DNA of 64,000 nucleotides from Eledone cirrhosa (Eukaryota): NCBI GenBank assembly GCA_964016885.1, contig OZ024744.1, positions 86,056,001 to 86,120,000 of the forward strand, read 5' to 3'. Shown piece by piece: positions 27,706 to 41,379 of this stretch (position 1 is its first letter; each line of letters starts with the position of its first letter). The notes under the pieces were generated by a model. It saw only the letters and a program-made list of their open reading frames with translations, ran no database searches and was not told where the DNA came from. The position numbers and the translations under genes were made by a program.

Positions 27706-29138
27706 ATATATATATACACACACACATACATATATATATATTTAACCATAAATATATATAAACAAAAAAAAATATATATATATATATACAATTATATACA
27801 TTCAACATTTATTTTACAATATCTGTGAATTTATTGAAAACATTTGTTTTTTCTTTTCTATTTTTATTTCTTTTCATTTCCCCAAAATTACCGTTATTCA
27901 AAGAGACATAACTATAGGCCATTTTTAAACTATTAATTCGTTTGTGATTTAAAACGTTTTTCAAGTTCTATGAATATATTCTGAACTCAAGTGAATTTTA
28001 CAAATTGATTTATAGCTGTCTGTTTACATGTGTCTTGATTTTCTTGATGTGAAGACCCTTGGCTCTGTGGTAAGCGTGTTCCACCTGAAAAACCTTCATA
28101 ACGTGAATTCGATTCCTCTCAGCACGTTTCGGTCCCCGATCGAGGCATTTAATTTTTCCATGCTTTATTTTGGCTCGGATAATGCGTTGTACCCTTAAGC
28201 AAGACACTTTATTTCACATTGCTCCAGTTTACTCACCTGTAGAAATAAGTTACCATAATTAATTAATGAATCAGTCACACACACACACAGACACAGACAT
28301 ACATAAACACACACACATATTTATATATGTATGTATATATATATATATATACAAAAAGTTATGAAACGAAAGGATCTGTGTGGTTACTAAAATCAAGGTT
28401 TAGGATGGTTGTTAGGACGGAACAGGAGGAGAAAGGAAGAAAGGAGTTTCCATCGTCAGCTGTAAATGTATCCCGAACCGATGTTTCGGCGCTGAATTAT
28501 AGGACATCGGTGCAGGTCGGGTGCGCCCTTGGCCTTTTATTAATCAAAAGGCCAGGTGGAAAAGGAGAGAGAAAGTGAGAAAAAAAGGAGAGAGAAAAGG
28601 AGAAGGAAAGGAGGAAGAACAGGGGCGAAAAAGATGAGGAGAGAGGAAGAAAACGAAAAATAGGAAAGGAATAGAAGAAAAAAAGTGTACAGATCCCATC
28701 GGGAGAAGACACAGGTGAAAGAAACATGCTAAAAAGTAACTGTGAAAAAATAGAGAAAGTAAGTTGTGGCCAATATATACTGTATATGTATATAATAAAT
28801 GTAATCTGAGTTTTTCGAATAATAATAATATTCGATTCGTTTGCAATTATTCAAACAGCCTCTTTTATAAGCCATGTCAATAGAATGAGCCCCCCATTCT
28901 TGCTCTTGTATTAGCATGTAAACATAACTGCAGACACTAATGTTTCTGAGTGATTACCCTTCACCAGTGCAGTTTTACTGTCCACCTGTCAACTGTCAGA
29001 ACTAATGAAAATATATATCTTCTGAAATATACAGTGACTGATCGACCTGATTTGCATATTAGCAGACCGGCTAATCAGTAATCAGTCAGATCTGCATATT
29101 AGCAGATTCACTGATCAGCCAGATTTGCATATCAGCAG

Positions 29139-29214
<76 letters not shown>

Positions 29215-29308
29215 TATATATATATATATATATATATCATATATATATATATATATATCATATATATATCATATCATATCATATATACATATATATATAT
29301 ATATATAC

Positions 29309-29395
<87 letters not shown>

Positions 29396-29659
29396 CAAAT
29401 TATAAACGTAAACATGTAAGTATGTTTTTGAAACGGTGCGCGAGTTTCAAATTAGAAATTAGAAATTAGAAATTATAAGCTTTCACCGTATTTTAGACTA
29501 AAGAAATTTCTAGCCTGATAGTGGGGTTTATAACCCTCCTCCCATGTACGGCAACACTCATCTTTTTCCATTTCTCCGAGGGTTATAAACCCCACTATCA
29601 GGCTAGAAATTTCTTTAGTCTAAAATACGGTGAAAGCTTATAATTTCTAATTATATATA

Positions 29660-29980
29660 TATTATTCAAAGTATTAACAAATGAAGATATTCACATAATC
29701 AAAATATATGCTTTATTATATATATTTCGAATGTACTGTGTTGTTTTTTCAATACGCCATCGTCAGGAATTGAACTATCAAGACCGTATAGGTATGTCAT
29801 ATATCAAATCATATATTTTATCTTACGAGGACGTACTGAAAAAACAACACAGTACATTCGAAATATATATAATAAAGCATATATTTTGGTTATGTGAATA
29901 TCTTCATTTGTTAATATTTTGAATAATAATAAAAACTCCAGGAAAACCTTTGCCGTTGAGTGCTTTTAATCTATTGTTTA
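29660..29980. mobile_element. Inverted pair of PLE pLTRs, each with an HHR (left arm minus CTGACGA; right arm plus CTTACGA)
   Basis: Arms ~29661-29760 and ~29829-29927 are reverse complements. Related to the pLTRs at 2790-2907 and 13150-13520. Confidence 0.78.
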
Positions 29981-29997
29981 TATATATATATATATAT

Positions 29998-30217
29998 CTT
30001 TTAACGATCGACTTTCGTCAAATCGGACCGAGGGAACAATGTTTCCGTTGGTCTTTCCAATTGCTAATACTATCTATCGGTCGCAACTCCAGGTAGAAGG
30101 AGCAACGTGAAATAAAGTGTCTTGCTCAAGGACATAACGCATCGCCTGCTCCAGGAATCGAACTCACAACCTTACGATTGCGAATCCAATTCTCTAACCA
30201 CTCCGCCACACGCCTTC
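29998..30217 (-). mobile_element. SINE family 2
   Basis: Nearly identical to 62443-62661. TA-flanked. Confidence 0.85.
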
Positions 30218-30316
30218 ACATATATATATTGTTTCTGAGGAAAACGGCCGTGAATTAATGAACTAATTAACTACCTATATATGACTTTTTTATCATATGT
30301 GTGTGTGTGTGTGTGT

Positions 30317-30351
<35 letters not shown>

Positions 30352-30534
30352 TGCTTGAGTGTGCGTAAACTGAAAAAGAAAAAATATAATGTTCCATCTC
30401 TGAGGATCCATTGGTGCCAACTTGTCCCATATTACCTCATACTAAATCTCCATGAAGAAGAATTACGTTATGATATTTTTTTGCACTTATCTTATTTACA
30501 ATAGTTTACAACTTTGCCTATTAATCCGTATGGT

Positions 30535-30810
30535 GAGCAAATGGGGTCCCACGTGCTGGCCTCCCCACAGCTCCGGTGGACAGGATGGAGAAGGCGTTTC
30601 CCCGGAGGACGTTAAGAGATATGTGCTGGAAGAGCCATTCCAACTGGTGAGGCTCACACATGCGGCTGGCCAGCTCAGTGCCTATGGTGGTGAATAGGGA
30701 GGTAGCCCTAGGGCCAAGGACACCAAGGGCCAAGGGCACGACCACGAACCTGTCGGAGAGTGACCGGTACTTGGAGAGTTTGGCCTCCTCTGCCCGAAGA
30801 GTCGGTGGAA
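30535..30810 (-). mobile_element. C-terminal fragment of an RLE non-LTR element (CRE-like)
   Basis: VVPLALGVLGPRA...EPHQLEWLFQHISLNVLRGNAFSIL matches the P..E..G..G...QRIS...RGNA end motif of CRE-type elements. Confidence 0.6.
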
Positions 30811-30969
30811 TATCCAGTCACTTACACATGTATTTTACGAGTTGACTATTTTATTGATCAAACAACTGGTACACTTATCTTCGGAAACGACGGTGGGTCA
30901 ATAAGCGTTCTTTTAAAACTTATAATTCGTTTCTTATTGTTCGTATTCTTTAAGTGCTTGTGTGTTATT

Positions 30970-31357
30970 TGACAGTATCGTTAGAGCGTCAGACACCATG
31001 CTATGCAGTGTAGAGTTATGGTCCTTTTATAGTCTGAGTTCAAATCCCCCCGATGTTAACTTTGCTTTTCATCCTTACGAGGTCGATAAAATAAAGTACC
31101 AGTAATGCACTGGGATAATTGCTGGCTTTGTTCCAAACGTAGAAACAATTATGGTATTGATGTAGGACGGTGGATTTGCAGTATCGGTAGAGAGTCGGAC
31201 ACCATGATTCGCAGTGTAGAGTTACGTCCCTTTACAGTCTGAGTTCAAATTCTGCCGAGGTTAACTTCGCCTTTTATCCTTACGGGGTCGATAAAATAAA
31301 GTACCAGTAATGCACTGGGGTAATTGCTGGCCTTGTGCCAAAAGTAGAAACAATTAT
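30970..31357 (+). mobile_element. SINE family 1 dimer
   Basis: Two copies with spacer atggtattgatgtag. Confidence 0.82.
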
Positions 31358-31829
31358 TTTAAAAAAGAAACAGGTATATACTCAGAGAAGGCACATTGAC
31401 TCGGACCATGCTTATGTCTTATATGTTTAGGTGTGGATACATTCAAAATATTTCGTCCCTATACACACTCTCTGGCTAAATATGAAACTAGAATGTGTTT
31501 TAAGTGCACACAGCCCTCTACCAACTGGACATAACGAGAGATGGAGACTCCACATTGGTGTTCTATAGAGAGTTAGTGGCGAGTAAAAGTGACGATGTTC
31601 TTGAGGAGAATCTTGTTGTCTAGCCACTCTTTTTGGGAGAACATCCAGTCCGGGGCCCATGAAAACTTCCAATAATTCCTAGCCTGGAATTCTAGGCATG
31701 GAAGTCCCTCAGCCGGGCCTGTCCGAGATAAGTGCAGGAAAATGAAATCGTCCTGCACGCACTCGTCGAGTATCTGAACATTGCTTATTTATGGGTTTAT
31801 GTCGAAAACCTGCTGACACCTGTCGGATA

Positions 31830-32620
31830 AATTCAGCTAACAGCTGAGTCCATCTTGAATATTTTCACAGTTCCATTAAGTCTATACTTGCAACTTCCTA
31901 ACTAGTCGTGCGCTTTCTGGTTCTGTGAAGCCTTGCCTCTCAAGATTTGTATTGAGGTCGTTAGTAACATATCCTAGAGCCCCAATAATCACAGGTAAAT
32001 ATGTAAAGGTATAGTCAAGGTGGAGTATCTGAAGATTCCTCATTAGTTCAGCCTAAATGTTCTCCTTTTCGTTAATCTTTAAAATTATATCGAGATCTGC
32101 TGGGCAGCTGATTTCTAATACTGGGTATACTTTCCTTTTCCAGTCCACAACATCATGTATTGTTAGTTATAGGGCTTTGACTGTTGCATCAGGACTTTGA
32201 CTATTGCATTCCCACAGTTTTCTTTCATATTATGTATGTGTATGTCCTTCACATCACTGTAACATCATAATTGTTTATTCTCGTGGCTATCATTTCTACA
32301 GATTGTATTGTATACGGTTTTGGGCACTACATCATACCTCATAGGTAGATAGTACCGTGATGACATCTTTGGACAGCTGCTTATGACATGGGGGACATCT
32401 TCCATGTTTATTCCACAGATTCTGCCTATGTTGTAACATCTAGGTACTTGCATCTCTATCTCTTTTATGCATTAGCTATTTTGTGGTTATTTCCTGTTCT
32501 TGGTTAGCAAAAGCACTTCCTGCAAAGTAACAGCTAATATCCCGGTTGCTTTTCCAAGATAGGCTACTTTGCTTATCTACATTACTTTCTGGTAGCTGAG
32601 CCATGCATTATTTTATTTTT
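31830..32620 (-). mobile_element. R4/Dong-like C-terminal relic (CCHC + restriction-like endonuclease)
   Basis: RICGINMEDVPHVISSCPKMSSRYYLPMRYDVV, then EISCPAD...KINEKENI..ELMRNLQIL...PVIIGALG. Confidence 0.72.
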
Positions 32621-32715
32621 ATGATTGATAAACAGGCAGAAATGGCCTTAAAGCATTTATTATTTCTTAGCCGTTCAGTGACCAGAAGGTGTAGGACATT
32701 ATGAATTAATTAAAT

Positions 32716-32935
32716 CAAGCATGTCAAACTGAGGGTCCCCCCGAGAGCCACGTGGATCACATATATGTTGTCTGAAGGCCACACACACAACTAATTGCGC
32801 ACATTACAACCCAATATTTCTTATTTTATATTACAAAGATAAAACATGCCCACGCTGTAAAAACTTTTGCGCGGGCCATAGGTGTGTTTGTAAAGGACTG
32901 CATGGGGCCTGCGGCACGCATGTTTGACATGCCTG
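32716..32935. mobile_element. hAT-type MITE (220 bp)
   Basis: TIRs caagcatgtcaaac / gtttgacatgcctg. Perfect 8-bp TSD aattaaat at 32708-32715 and 32936-32943. Confidence 0.85.
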
Positions 32936-33576
32936 AATTAAATGATGCTCTCAGTACCTCACATGTTAGGAAAATTGTATTAACGTGTTTAGCGGAGTAC
33001 TGATTTGTATATATTAGACATAGCTTCTCTTTCCCCGAAAACAAGTCGATGTTCTTCCTCTGATGAATACATAAGATGGCTATAGTTTACTCAGATGAAT
33101 CTTACATTTTATGCTCTTGTAGGTTTGCGTTAACCTATGATGAAACTGCTTTGTATTTTATATATTATATGTTTATTATCATGAAACGTGATTATCATTA
33201 CCAACCCAATAATCAAGATAATCACGATTAGGAGGACATTTATTCTACACTTGGCACTGAGGGTGACGGTGGTGCTGAAGTTGCTAGGAGTTTAGACTCC
33301 TATGTAAGTGTGTCCATTGTATTCTCTAATATGAGTAAATTATATTAAATGCGATCTGAGTTCAACTTCTGTCAAGATCAAATTAATCTGGCGGCGTGGT
33401 AGTTAAAATAACTACACTTGAACACTGAAATCAATGGCTTCAACTATATACACTCCACAAAATTCGGAGTCTTTTGCCAATTTCAGAAATAAATATTATT
33501 GAAAGCGATACTGGTGGTGACAAAGGAGAGAGTTAGTGTATGTGTAGTGGTTTACTGACATTATAGTAGTGATGTA

Positions 33577-33975
33577 GGGCGGTAGATTGGCAGTGTCGGT
33601 AGAGGGTCGGACGCCATGCTATGCAGTGTAGAGTTACGGCTCTTTACGGTCTAAGTTCAAATCCCGCCGAGGTTAACTTTGCCGTTCATCCTTACGTGGT
33701 CGATAAAATAAAGTACCAGTAATACACTGAGGTAATTGCTGGCCTTGTACCAAAACTAGAAACAATTATGGTAGTGATGTAGGACGGTGGATTGGCAGTA
33801 TCGGTAGAGAGTCGGACGCCATGCTATGCAGTGTAGAGTGACGGCCCTTTACGGTCTGAGTTCAAATTCCGCCGAGGTTAACTTTGCCTTACATCCTTAC
33901 GGGGTCGATAAAATAAAGTACCAGTAATGCACTGGAGTAATTGCTGGCGTTGTGCCTAAACTAGAAACAATTATT
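33577..33975 (+). mobile_element. SINE family 1 dimer with a TSD-like repeat before, between and after
   Basis: ttatagtagtgatgta / ttatggtagtgatgta / ttatagtgatgta. Confidence 0.85.
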
Positions 33976-34149
33976 ATAGTGATGTATTTCGCATGTTGGC
34001 TTTTGATATGCATACGGTGGAAAACTTTTAGAAAAATACTGGTTATATTGATATTGCTGGGTGATCCTGGTGATGTTTTCTTCAGATGGACTTCCTTGAT
34101 CACGTGTTTTTAATGGTTGAGGTAATTGTTATATATTATTGTCATTGCT

Positions 34150-34181
34150 TTCATTGTTGTTGTTGTTGTTGGTGGTGGTGA

Positions 34182-34215
<34 letters not shown>

Positions 34216-34945
34216 GATGTTGCTGTCGTTGTTGTATATATGCCTTTTTTAGACACACTCATGCGAATTTATTATTATTGTTGATATTTTTCTTGTTGCT
34301 ATTGTTGTTGTTGTTGTTCTTATTATTGTTATTGTTTTATTATAGCTGCTGGTGGTGCTGTTAGGAGGGGAGAGATGGGGTGGGGGCAGAGGGGGGTGGG
34401 GTGTTGGTAGTGTTGTTTTTGTTGTTGTTGGTGGTGGTGGTGGTGGTGGAAGTGGTGGTTGTGATGTTCGTGGTGATGGTGGTGTTGGTGGTGGTGGTGG
34501 TGGTGGTGCTGTTGGTGGTGATAGTGGTGTTGGTGGTGGTGGTGGTGGTGGTGCTGTTGGTGGTGATAGTGGTGTTGGTGTTGGTGCTGGTGCTGCTGGT
34601 TGGTGGTGATAGTGGTGTTGGTGGTGGTGGTGGTGGTGGTGGAAGTGGTGGTTGTGATGTTCGTGGTGATAGTGGTGTTGGTGGTGGTGTTGGTGGTGGT
34701 GCTGTTGGTGGTGGTGGTGCTGATGGTGTTGGTGATGTTGGGGCTGTTGGTTGTGGTGGTGTTGGTGGTGGTGGTGGTTGCTGTTGGAGTTGGTAGTGGT
34801 GGTGGTGGTAGTGTTGTTGGTGGTTTTGGTGTTGGTGGTGCTGGTGGTGTTGGTGGTGGTGGTGGTGGTGGTGGAAGTGGTAGTGGTGGGGTAGGGGAAG
34901 TGGTTACCCTTTTGGTCGGTAATGGTGGTTCTCATGATGGGGATT
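34150..34945. repeat. (GTT)n/(GGT)n low-complexity repeat with internal duplications
   Basis: Directly visible; ggaagtggtggttgtgatgttcgtggtgat occurs twice. Confidence 0.93.
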
Positions 34946-34989
34946 TATAGTAGTGGTAGTGAAGGTGAAACTAGTTTGCTTTGTTGTGT

Positions 34990-35026
34990 TTCAATGAGAT
35001 AATGCACTATAGTGTGTGTGTGTGTG

Positions 35027-35120
<94 letters not shown>

Positions 35121-35246
35121 AGAGAGATAATGCACTACAATGTGTGCGCCGAGTAGTATCTGTATGTATATGTGTATGTGTATGTGTATGCATCTGTGTG
35201 TGTACGCGTGTATGCGCCAGTGTGTGTGTGTGTGCGTGTATGTGAT

Positions 35247-35277
<31 letters not shown>

Positions 35278-35345
35278 ATGAGAGAGATAATGCACTACAA
35301 TGTGTGTGACGAGTATCTGTATGTATATGTGTATGTGTATGTGAT

Positions 35346-35401
<56 letters not shown>

Positions 35402-36455
35402 AGAGAGATAATGCACTACAATGTGTGCGCCGAGTAGTATCTGTATGTATATGTGTATGTGTATGTGTATGCATCTGTGTGTGTACGCGTGTATGCGCCA
35501 ATGTGTGTGTGTTAGCGTGTATGTGATTGTATGTGTGTGTGTGTGTGTATGAGAGAGATAATGCACTATAATGTGTGTGCCGAGTATCTGTATGTATATG
35601 TGTATGTGTATGTGTATGTGATTGTATGTGTGTGTGTGTGTGTGTATGAGAGAGAGATAATGCACTATAATGTGTGTGCCGTGTAGTATCTGTATGTATA
35701 TGTGTATGTGTATGCATCTGTGTGTGTACGCGTGTATGCGCCAGTGTGTGTGTGTGTGTGTGTGTGTGCATGTATGTGATTGTATGTGTGTGTGTATGAG
35801 AGAGAGATAATGCACTACAATGTGTGTGTCGAGTATCTGTATGTATATATGTATGTGTATGCATCTGTGTGTGTACGCGTGTATGCGCCAGTGTGTGTGT
35901 GTGCGTGTATGTGATTGTGTGTGTGTGTGTGTGTATACATGTGTGTGTGTATACATGTGTGTGTGTATACATGTGTGTGTGTATACATGTGTGTGTGTGG
36001 GGTGGGTGGGTGGGGGTGGGGTGTGTGAGTATGTGTGTGTTTGTCTGTGTGTGTGAGTGTGTATATGTATGCGTATGTACGTGTGCGTGCGTGCGTGAGT
36101 GCGTGCGTGTGTGTGTGTGTGTGTGTGAGAGAGTGATAATGCACTATAATGTGTGTGTGTGTGCCGGTGTATCTGTATGTATCCGTGTATGTGTGTTCGC
36201 GTGTGTATGTGTATGCATGTGTTTGTGTGTGCGTCAGTGTGTGTGCGCGTGTGTGTGTGTGCGTGTTTGTGTTCGTGTGAGTATGTGCGTGTTTGTGTGA
36301 GCATGTGTTAGTATGTGTATGTATGTGTATGTATGTGTATGTATGTGTATGTGTGTGTCTTAGTGTGTGCATATGTGAGTGGGCGTATGTGTGAGTGTAT
36401 ATGTGTATGTGTGTGTATATGTATGCGTGTGTATGTGCGTGTATGTGTGTGTATG
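34990..36455. repeat. Compound minisatellite of fixed anchors separated by variable (TG)n
   Basis: Anchor gataatgcacta(c/t)a occurs about 8 times. Confidence 0.9.
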
Positions 36456-36836
36456 GAAAGGGAGTAGTTTTTTTCTAAAAAAGATGGATGAACTGGGTTT
36501 ATAGAAAGTGGCTTTTAGTAGAGATTATTATTAGAGGTTATTGTTGTTGTTTTTTGCCTATTTTCCCTTCTTTGTAGGAAATTATTAACAAGGGAAAGAA
36601 ACAATGATCACGCAGTTCTTGGCTATTGATGAATGTCATTCAAAGATGAGATGATGTATTGTCGTCTAGTCGGTGGAAAGATAGCAGGTTTTACAGATAG
36701 AGGCATAGATCTATAGATATATATATATAGACATAAAAAAAAAAATGTAAATGTATATATATATATATATATATATGTATATCTATCTATCTATATATAT
36801 ATATATATATATATATAATGGAAAAATTTGAACAGG

Positions 36837-36870
<34 letters not shown>

Positions 36871-36919
36871 ATATGTATACACACATATATATATTCACGT
36901 ATAAACTATACATACACAA

Positions 36920-37014
<95 letters not shown>

Positions 37015-37046
37015 CATATATATATATATTTCTGTCTGTGTGTATG

Positions 37047-37125
<79 letters not shown>

Positions 37126-37182
37126 GTATATATATAGAGAGAGAGAGAAACGCACGCATTCACACGCACACACACAAGTATG

Positions 37183-37230
<48 letters not shown>

Positions 37231-37290
37231 CATACATACATATATATGTTTGTGTATGTATAGTTTATACGTGAATATATATATGTGTGT

Positions 37291-37331
<41 letters not shown>

Positions 37332-37429
37332 TATACACATTCATGTATATATATATATATATATATACATGAATATATGTATGTATTAATATATTAATAT
37401 ATTTATATATATATATGTATATATCTACG

Positions 37430-37521
<92 letters not shown>

Positions 37522-37995
37522 CACGCATATATATATTTATATATATATACTTATAATATTCATATATATATATTTTGCGGTGATGTGTATCCTTCAATTA
37601 CTGTATTTTAGGTCACAACTGACTGACGAAACAAATCGCGATTAATGGTTATCAGAAGTAAATATTCTCTGATGGAGAAGTAGTTTTTTTTTTCCTTTTT
37701 ACATGTGTTTGCTTCATGTGATTCTTTGGAGTTGTTTAACTCTATTCTTTATTTATCATGTAGACTAATGTCTCTGGTTGGAAACAAAAAAACAAAAAAA
37801 TTCTAACTTTTCTTAACTCTTTTCAAGCTCTTTGATTCGATCGGTCTCAATGTGTTACGTTTCAAAACCAAAACGTATAAAAATATAACTACACAAATGC
37901 ACAATAACGCGTACACAGAGACACAGACACACCGACATGCACATGTATGTATGTATGTATGTATGTATGTATGTATGTATGTATGTATGTATGTA

Positions 37996-38091
<96 letters not shown>

Positions 38092-38471
38092 GTAGAAACT
38101 GGGACGGGAACAAAAACAGAGAGGCAGTACAAACAAAGGTTTATTAGTTTCACGCTCTTTAGAGGGGTGGGGGGTATATATATGTGTATATATATATGAG
38201 TGTACATAATATAATATATATATATATATGAGTGTACATAATATAATATATATATATATATGAGTGTACATAATATAATATATATATATATATATATATA
38301 TTATATTATGTACACTCATATATTATATATACACATAACTGTACCGATTCTGTTATATCTGTTTACCTTTTACATACACACACACACATATATATATATA
38401 TATGTATATGTATATAATACATTAATATAGAAAATATTAATAAATGGAAAATATTTGTATAACAACATATT

Positions 38472-38531
38472 TATTTCATTATACATATTTCAAGGATACT
38501 AGATTATAGTATGCTTTCTTCAGATAAAATA
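38472..38531 (-). ncRNA. Hammerhead ribozyme motif
   Basis: Minus strand: tattttat CTGAAGA aagcatacta taatc tagtatcctt GAAA tatgta TA atgaaata. Same family as 19037-19102. Confidence 0.75.
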
Positions 38532-39786
38532 CATTTGTTATTAAGATATTGACATACCCAAATTAAGTGTTACTTCCCCGTCGTTGTTTACATATATAAA
38601 TATTATAAATTAAGTTAAAACTGATTGATACTTTATTCATTTATTCACAATAGGATTATACCTAATGACATGTTTCTAAGTTTTACTAAATGTTAATTTA
38701 AGATATTGTAAAATATTTGTTTAAAAATAAAGAAAACTTCAAATATTTAAGTAGTTCAAATGGCCGAAACTCTTATTATGTTAATAATTTCGCTCATTAG
38801 ATTTCGGTCAAAGTGCTGCAACACTTCGGAGGGTTTTAGTGGATTATATCGATTTCAGTAGGTATTTTTTCAGGCTGGCTTTCAATTATCGATTTCACTT
38901 TCTCATAAGGCTAATTAGCGGAACATAAAAAACAGCACCAATTCTTAAGCGGCGTAGACGTAAACAAAGACACCGACAGGTATACACATACACTCATTTA
39001 AGCAGACACACACACGCATATATATATATATACGTTTAACATACATTAAGTTTCATGGCACGTGTTTCTGCAAAATTCTCGTCAACCAAATTGCATTCAC
39101 AATGAATTGGGCAACCCGAAGCTATAGGCGAAGACATATGTCCAAGGTACTAAGCTCTACCTTGGACCCGAAGCCAAAACGCCGTGGTTATAAATCCACT
39201 CCTTATCCGTATACAAATGCATGTATCTCTTGAAATATCTATTGTTTTTTTTTTTAATTGTTTGAATAAAATAGTTTTTGTGTTGTGTTTAACTTAGCCA
39301 TTTTTAGCTTTCTGTTATTTGTATTTCTTTGCATTTGATATTCAGATAGATACATAAATGTATAAATAACTACAATAAAACATTTACATTGAAAGAAAGA
39401 AAGGAAAAAGAAAGACTAAGTAAAATTAAAAAAAAACATTTTTTTTTTTGTTTTTGTTTTTCTACGCCCAGATCAAGTGTTTCCGTAGCCTGGCACAGAA
39501 GTAGTAAAAGAGTGAAAGACAAACAAAAGAAAATAAATAAAAAATAAAACCAACTCCATCGCCACCACTACAAACACGAAAAGTAATATTATGTAGAAAC
39601 ATCTATGTCATATGTTTAACACTTTATGTTTGCGCCTTGCCAAGAACTCGTGAATACAGACTGAAGACGTCGGTGAGGACAAACACTGGAACACGTTTAA
39701 AATCAGAAAACTTTACGTACACACAGTTGAGTTGGTCTCTTCCAGCCCAGAGTTACTTTATCTGGGAAGAAGAGGAGAGAGTATGT

Positions 39787-39819
<33 letters not shown>

Positions 39820-40034
39820 TGATAGATAGATAGAGAGAGAGTGTGTGAGAGAGAGAAAGAGATAGCCAGATTGATAGATAGATAGATAGATAGATAGATA
39901 GAGAGAGAGTGATAGATAGATAGAGAGAGAGTGTGTGAGAGAGAGAAAGAGATAGACAGATTGATTGATAAATAGATAGATAGATAGATAGATAGATAGA
40001 GAGAGAGATATAGAGATAGAGAGAGACAGAGAGT

Positions 40035-40093
<59 letters not shown>

Positions 40094-41379
40094 TGTGTGT
40101 GTGAGCGAGAGAAAGAGATAGATAGATAGATAGAGAGAGAGAGAGCGAGCGAGAGCGCGCGAGAGAGAGAGAGAGAGAACGAGAGCACGAGAGTGAGAGA
40201 GAGGGAGAAAGTGAGAGAGGGGTGGAGCAATGAAAGGCCAACAATAAACCTGGATAAATAACGCAACAATGGGCTACACTAAAGAGTAAATGTTTCAAAT
40301 GTCAAAACATAAATCGTGACTCATGGCTTCTCGGACGCGTTATATTTATTTTCTTATGCGAATACTTTTTATTTCACTTTTTTTTCTTGAAGGACTGACC
40401 CAGTCAAAATAAATATAAGAATTCTTTCAATTTAGATCTGGATGTAGTAAATGAAATTACAGGAGGCTACCAAAAATCTATCCTGGCGAGAAGTGCAGAA
40501 GCCACATATAAGGCTTTAAGTCTATTGGTGTATGTGCCAACAACCACATTGTTAACTTATTGTAAGGTGCTGAAACTGCAAAATAAAGATAGTAGTTTAT
40601 ATCTTGAGTCAGAGTTAGTATTTAACTTGAAAAATACAATTATATTCCGTTGATGAAACAAATACTCGTAGTTATAAAATATAACTCAAACAATACACTC
40701 GTGAAACATCACAAACGTATAGAAAGGATATTAAAAAATCAGTCTAGAAGCATACACTTTAAAACCTTAAATTATAAAGTAAGTATGTTTTGAAACAGTG
40801 AGCAGGTTTGAAATTAGAAAATAGAATAGCTTTCACCGTATTTTTGACTAAAGAAATTTTAGCCTGATAATGGGGTTTAGAACCCTCAGATAAATGGAAA
40901 AAGATGAGTATTGATGTACGTCAATACTCATCTTTTTCCATTTATCTGAGGGTTCTAAACCCCATTATCAGACTAAAATTCCTTAAATTATAAATTACAA
41001 GGGCCCCTTATTATATTCAGGGTAAGAAATGAGTTCCTCAAATAAGTTTTAAAAAAATAACAAAAAAACAAAACAAAAACATTTGACCATCAAAACTTTC
41101 AGCATACAACAAGCATCTCATTGGAGAGCCTCTCCTGGTGTGTCCATTTAACCTTCTGAAATGGTGACTACGATAACTAAACGAGTTGGATATACGAACA
41201 CATATTAATAAGGATATACACAGACTATATTTTCTACTTAAGGTGAGCGATCTATATAGATGTGTTAGGATAGCTAATGAACTCGAGGAAACATATGGAA
41301 TAAAAGCTGACGCAGAACTCCATCGATTACAGATTGGATCATTTCATTTAACACTGCAGCCAATAACAATTATAATATG

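Noticed and set aside
34249-34950. Gly-rich or His/Pro-rich ORFs
   Set aside because: (GGT)n low-complexity DNA open in several frames on both strands, with no unique coding context.
34990-36190. CRISPR-like repeat-spacer appearance (also 46135-47710)
   Set aside because: Spacers are microsatellites or identical units, there are no cas genes, and the context is eukaryotic.
39660-39715. CTGAAGA followed by a weak hairpin as an HHR
   Set aside because: No correctly placed GAAA, stem III or stem I.
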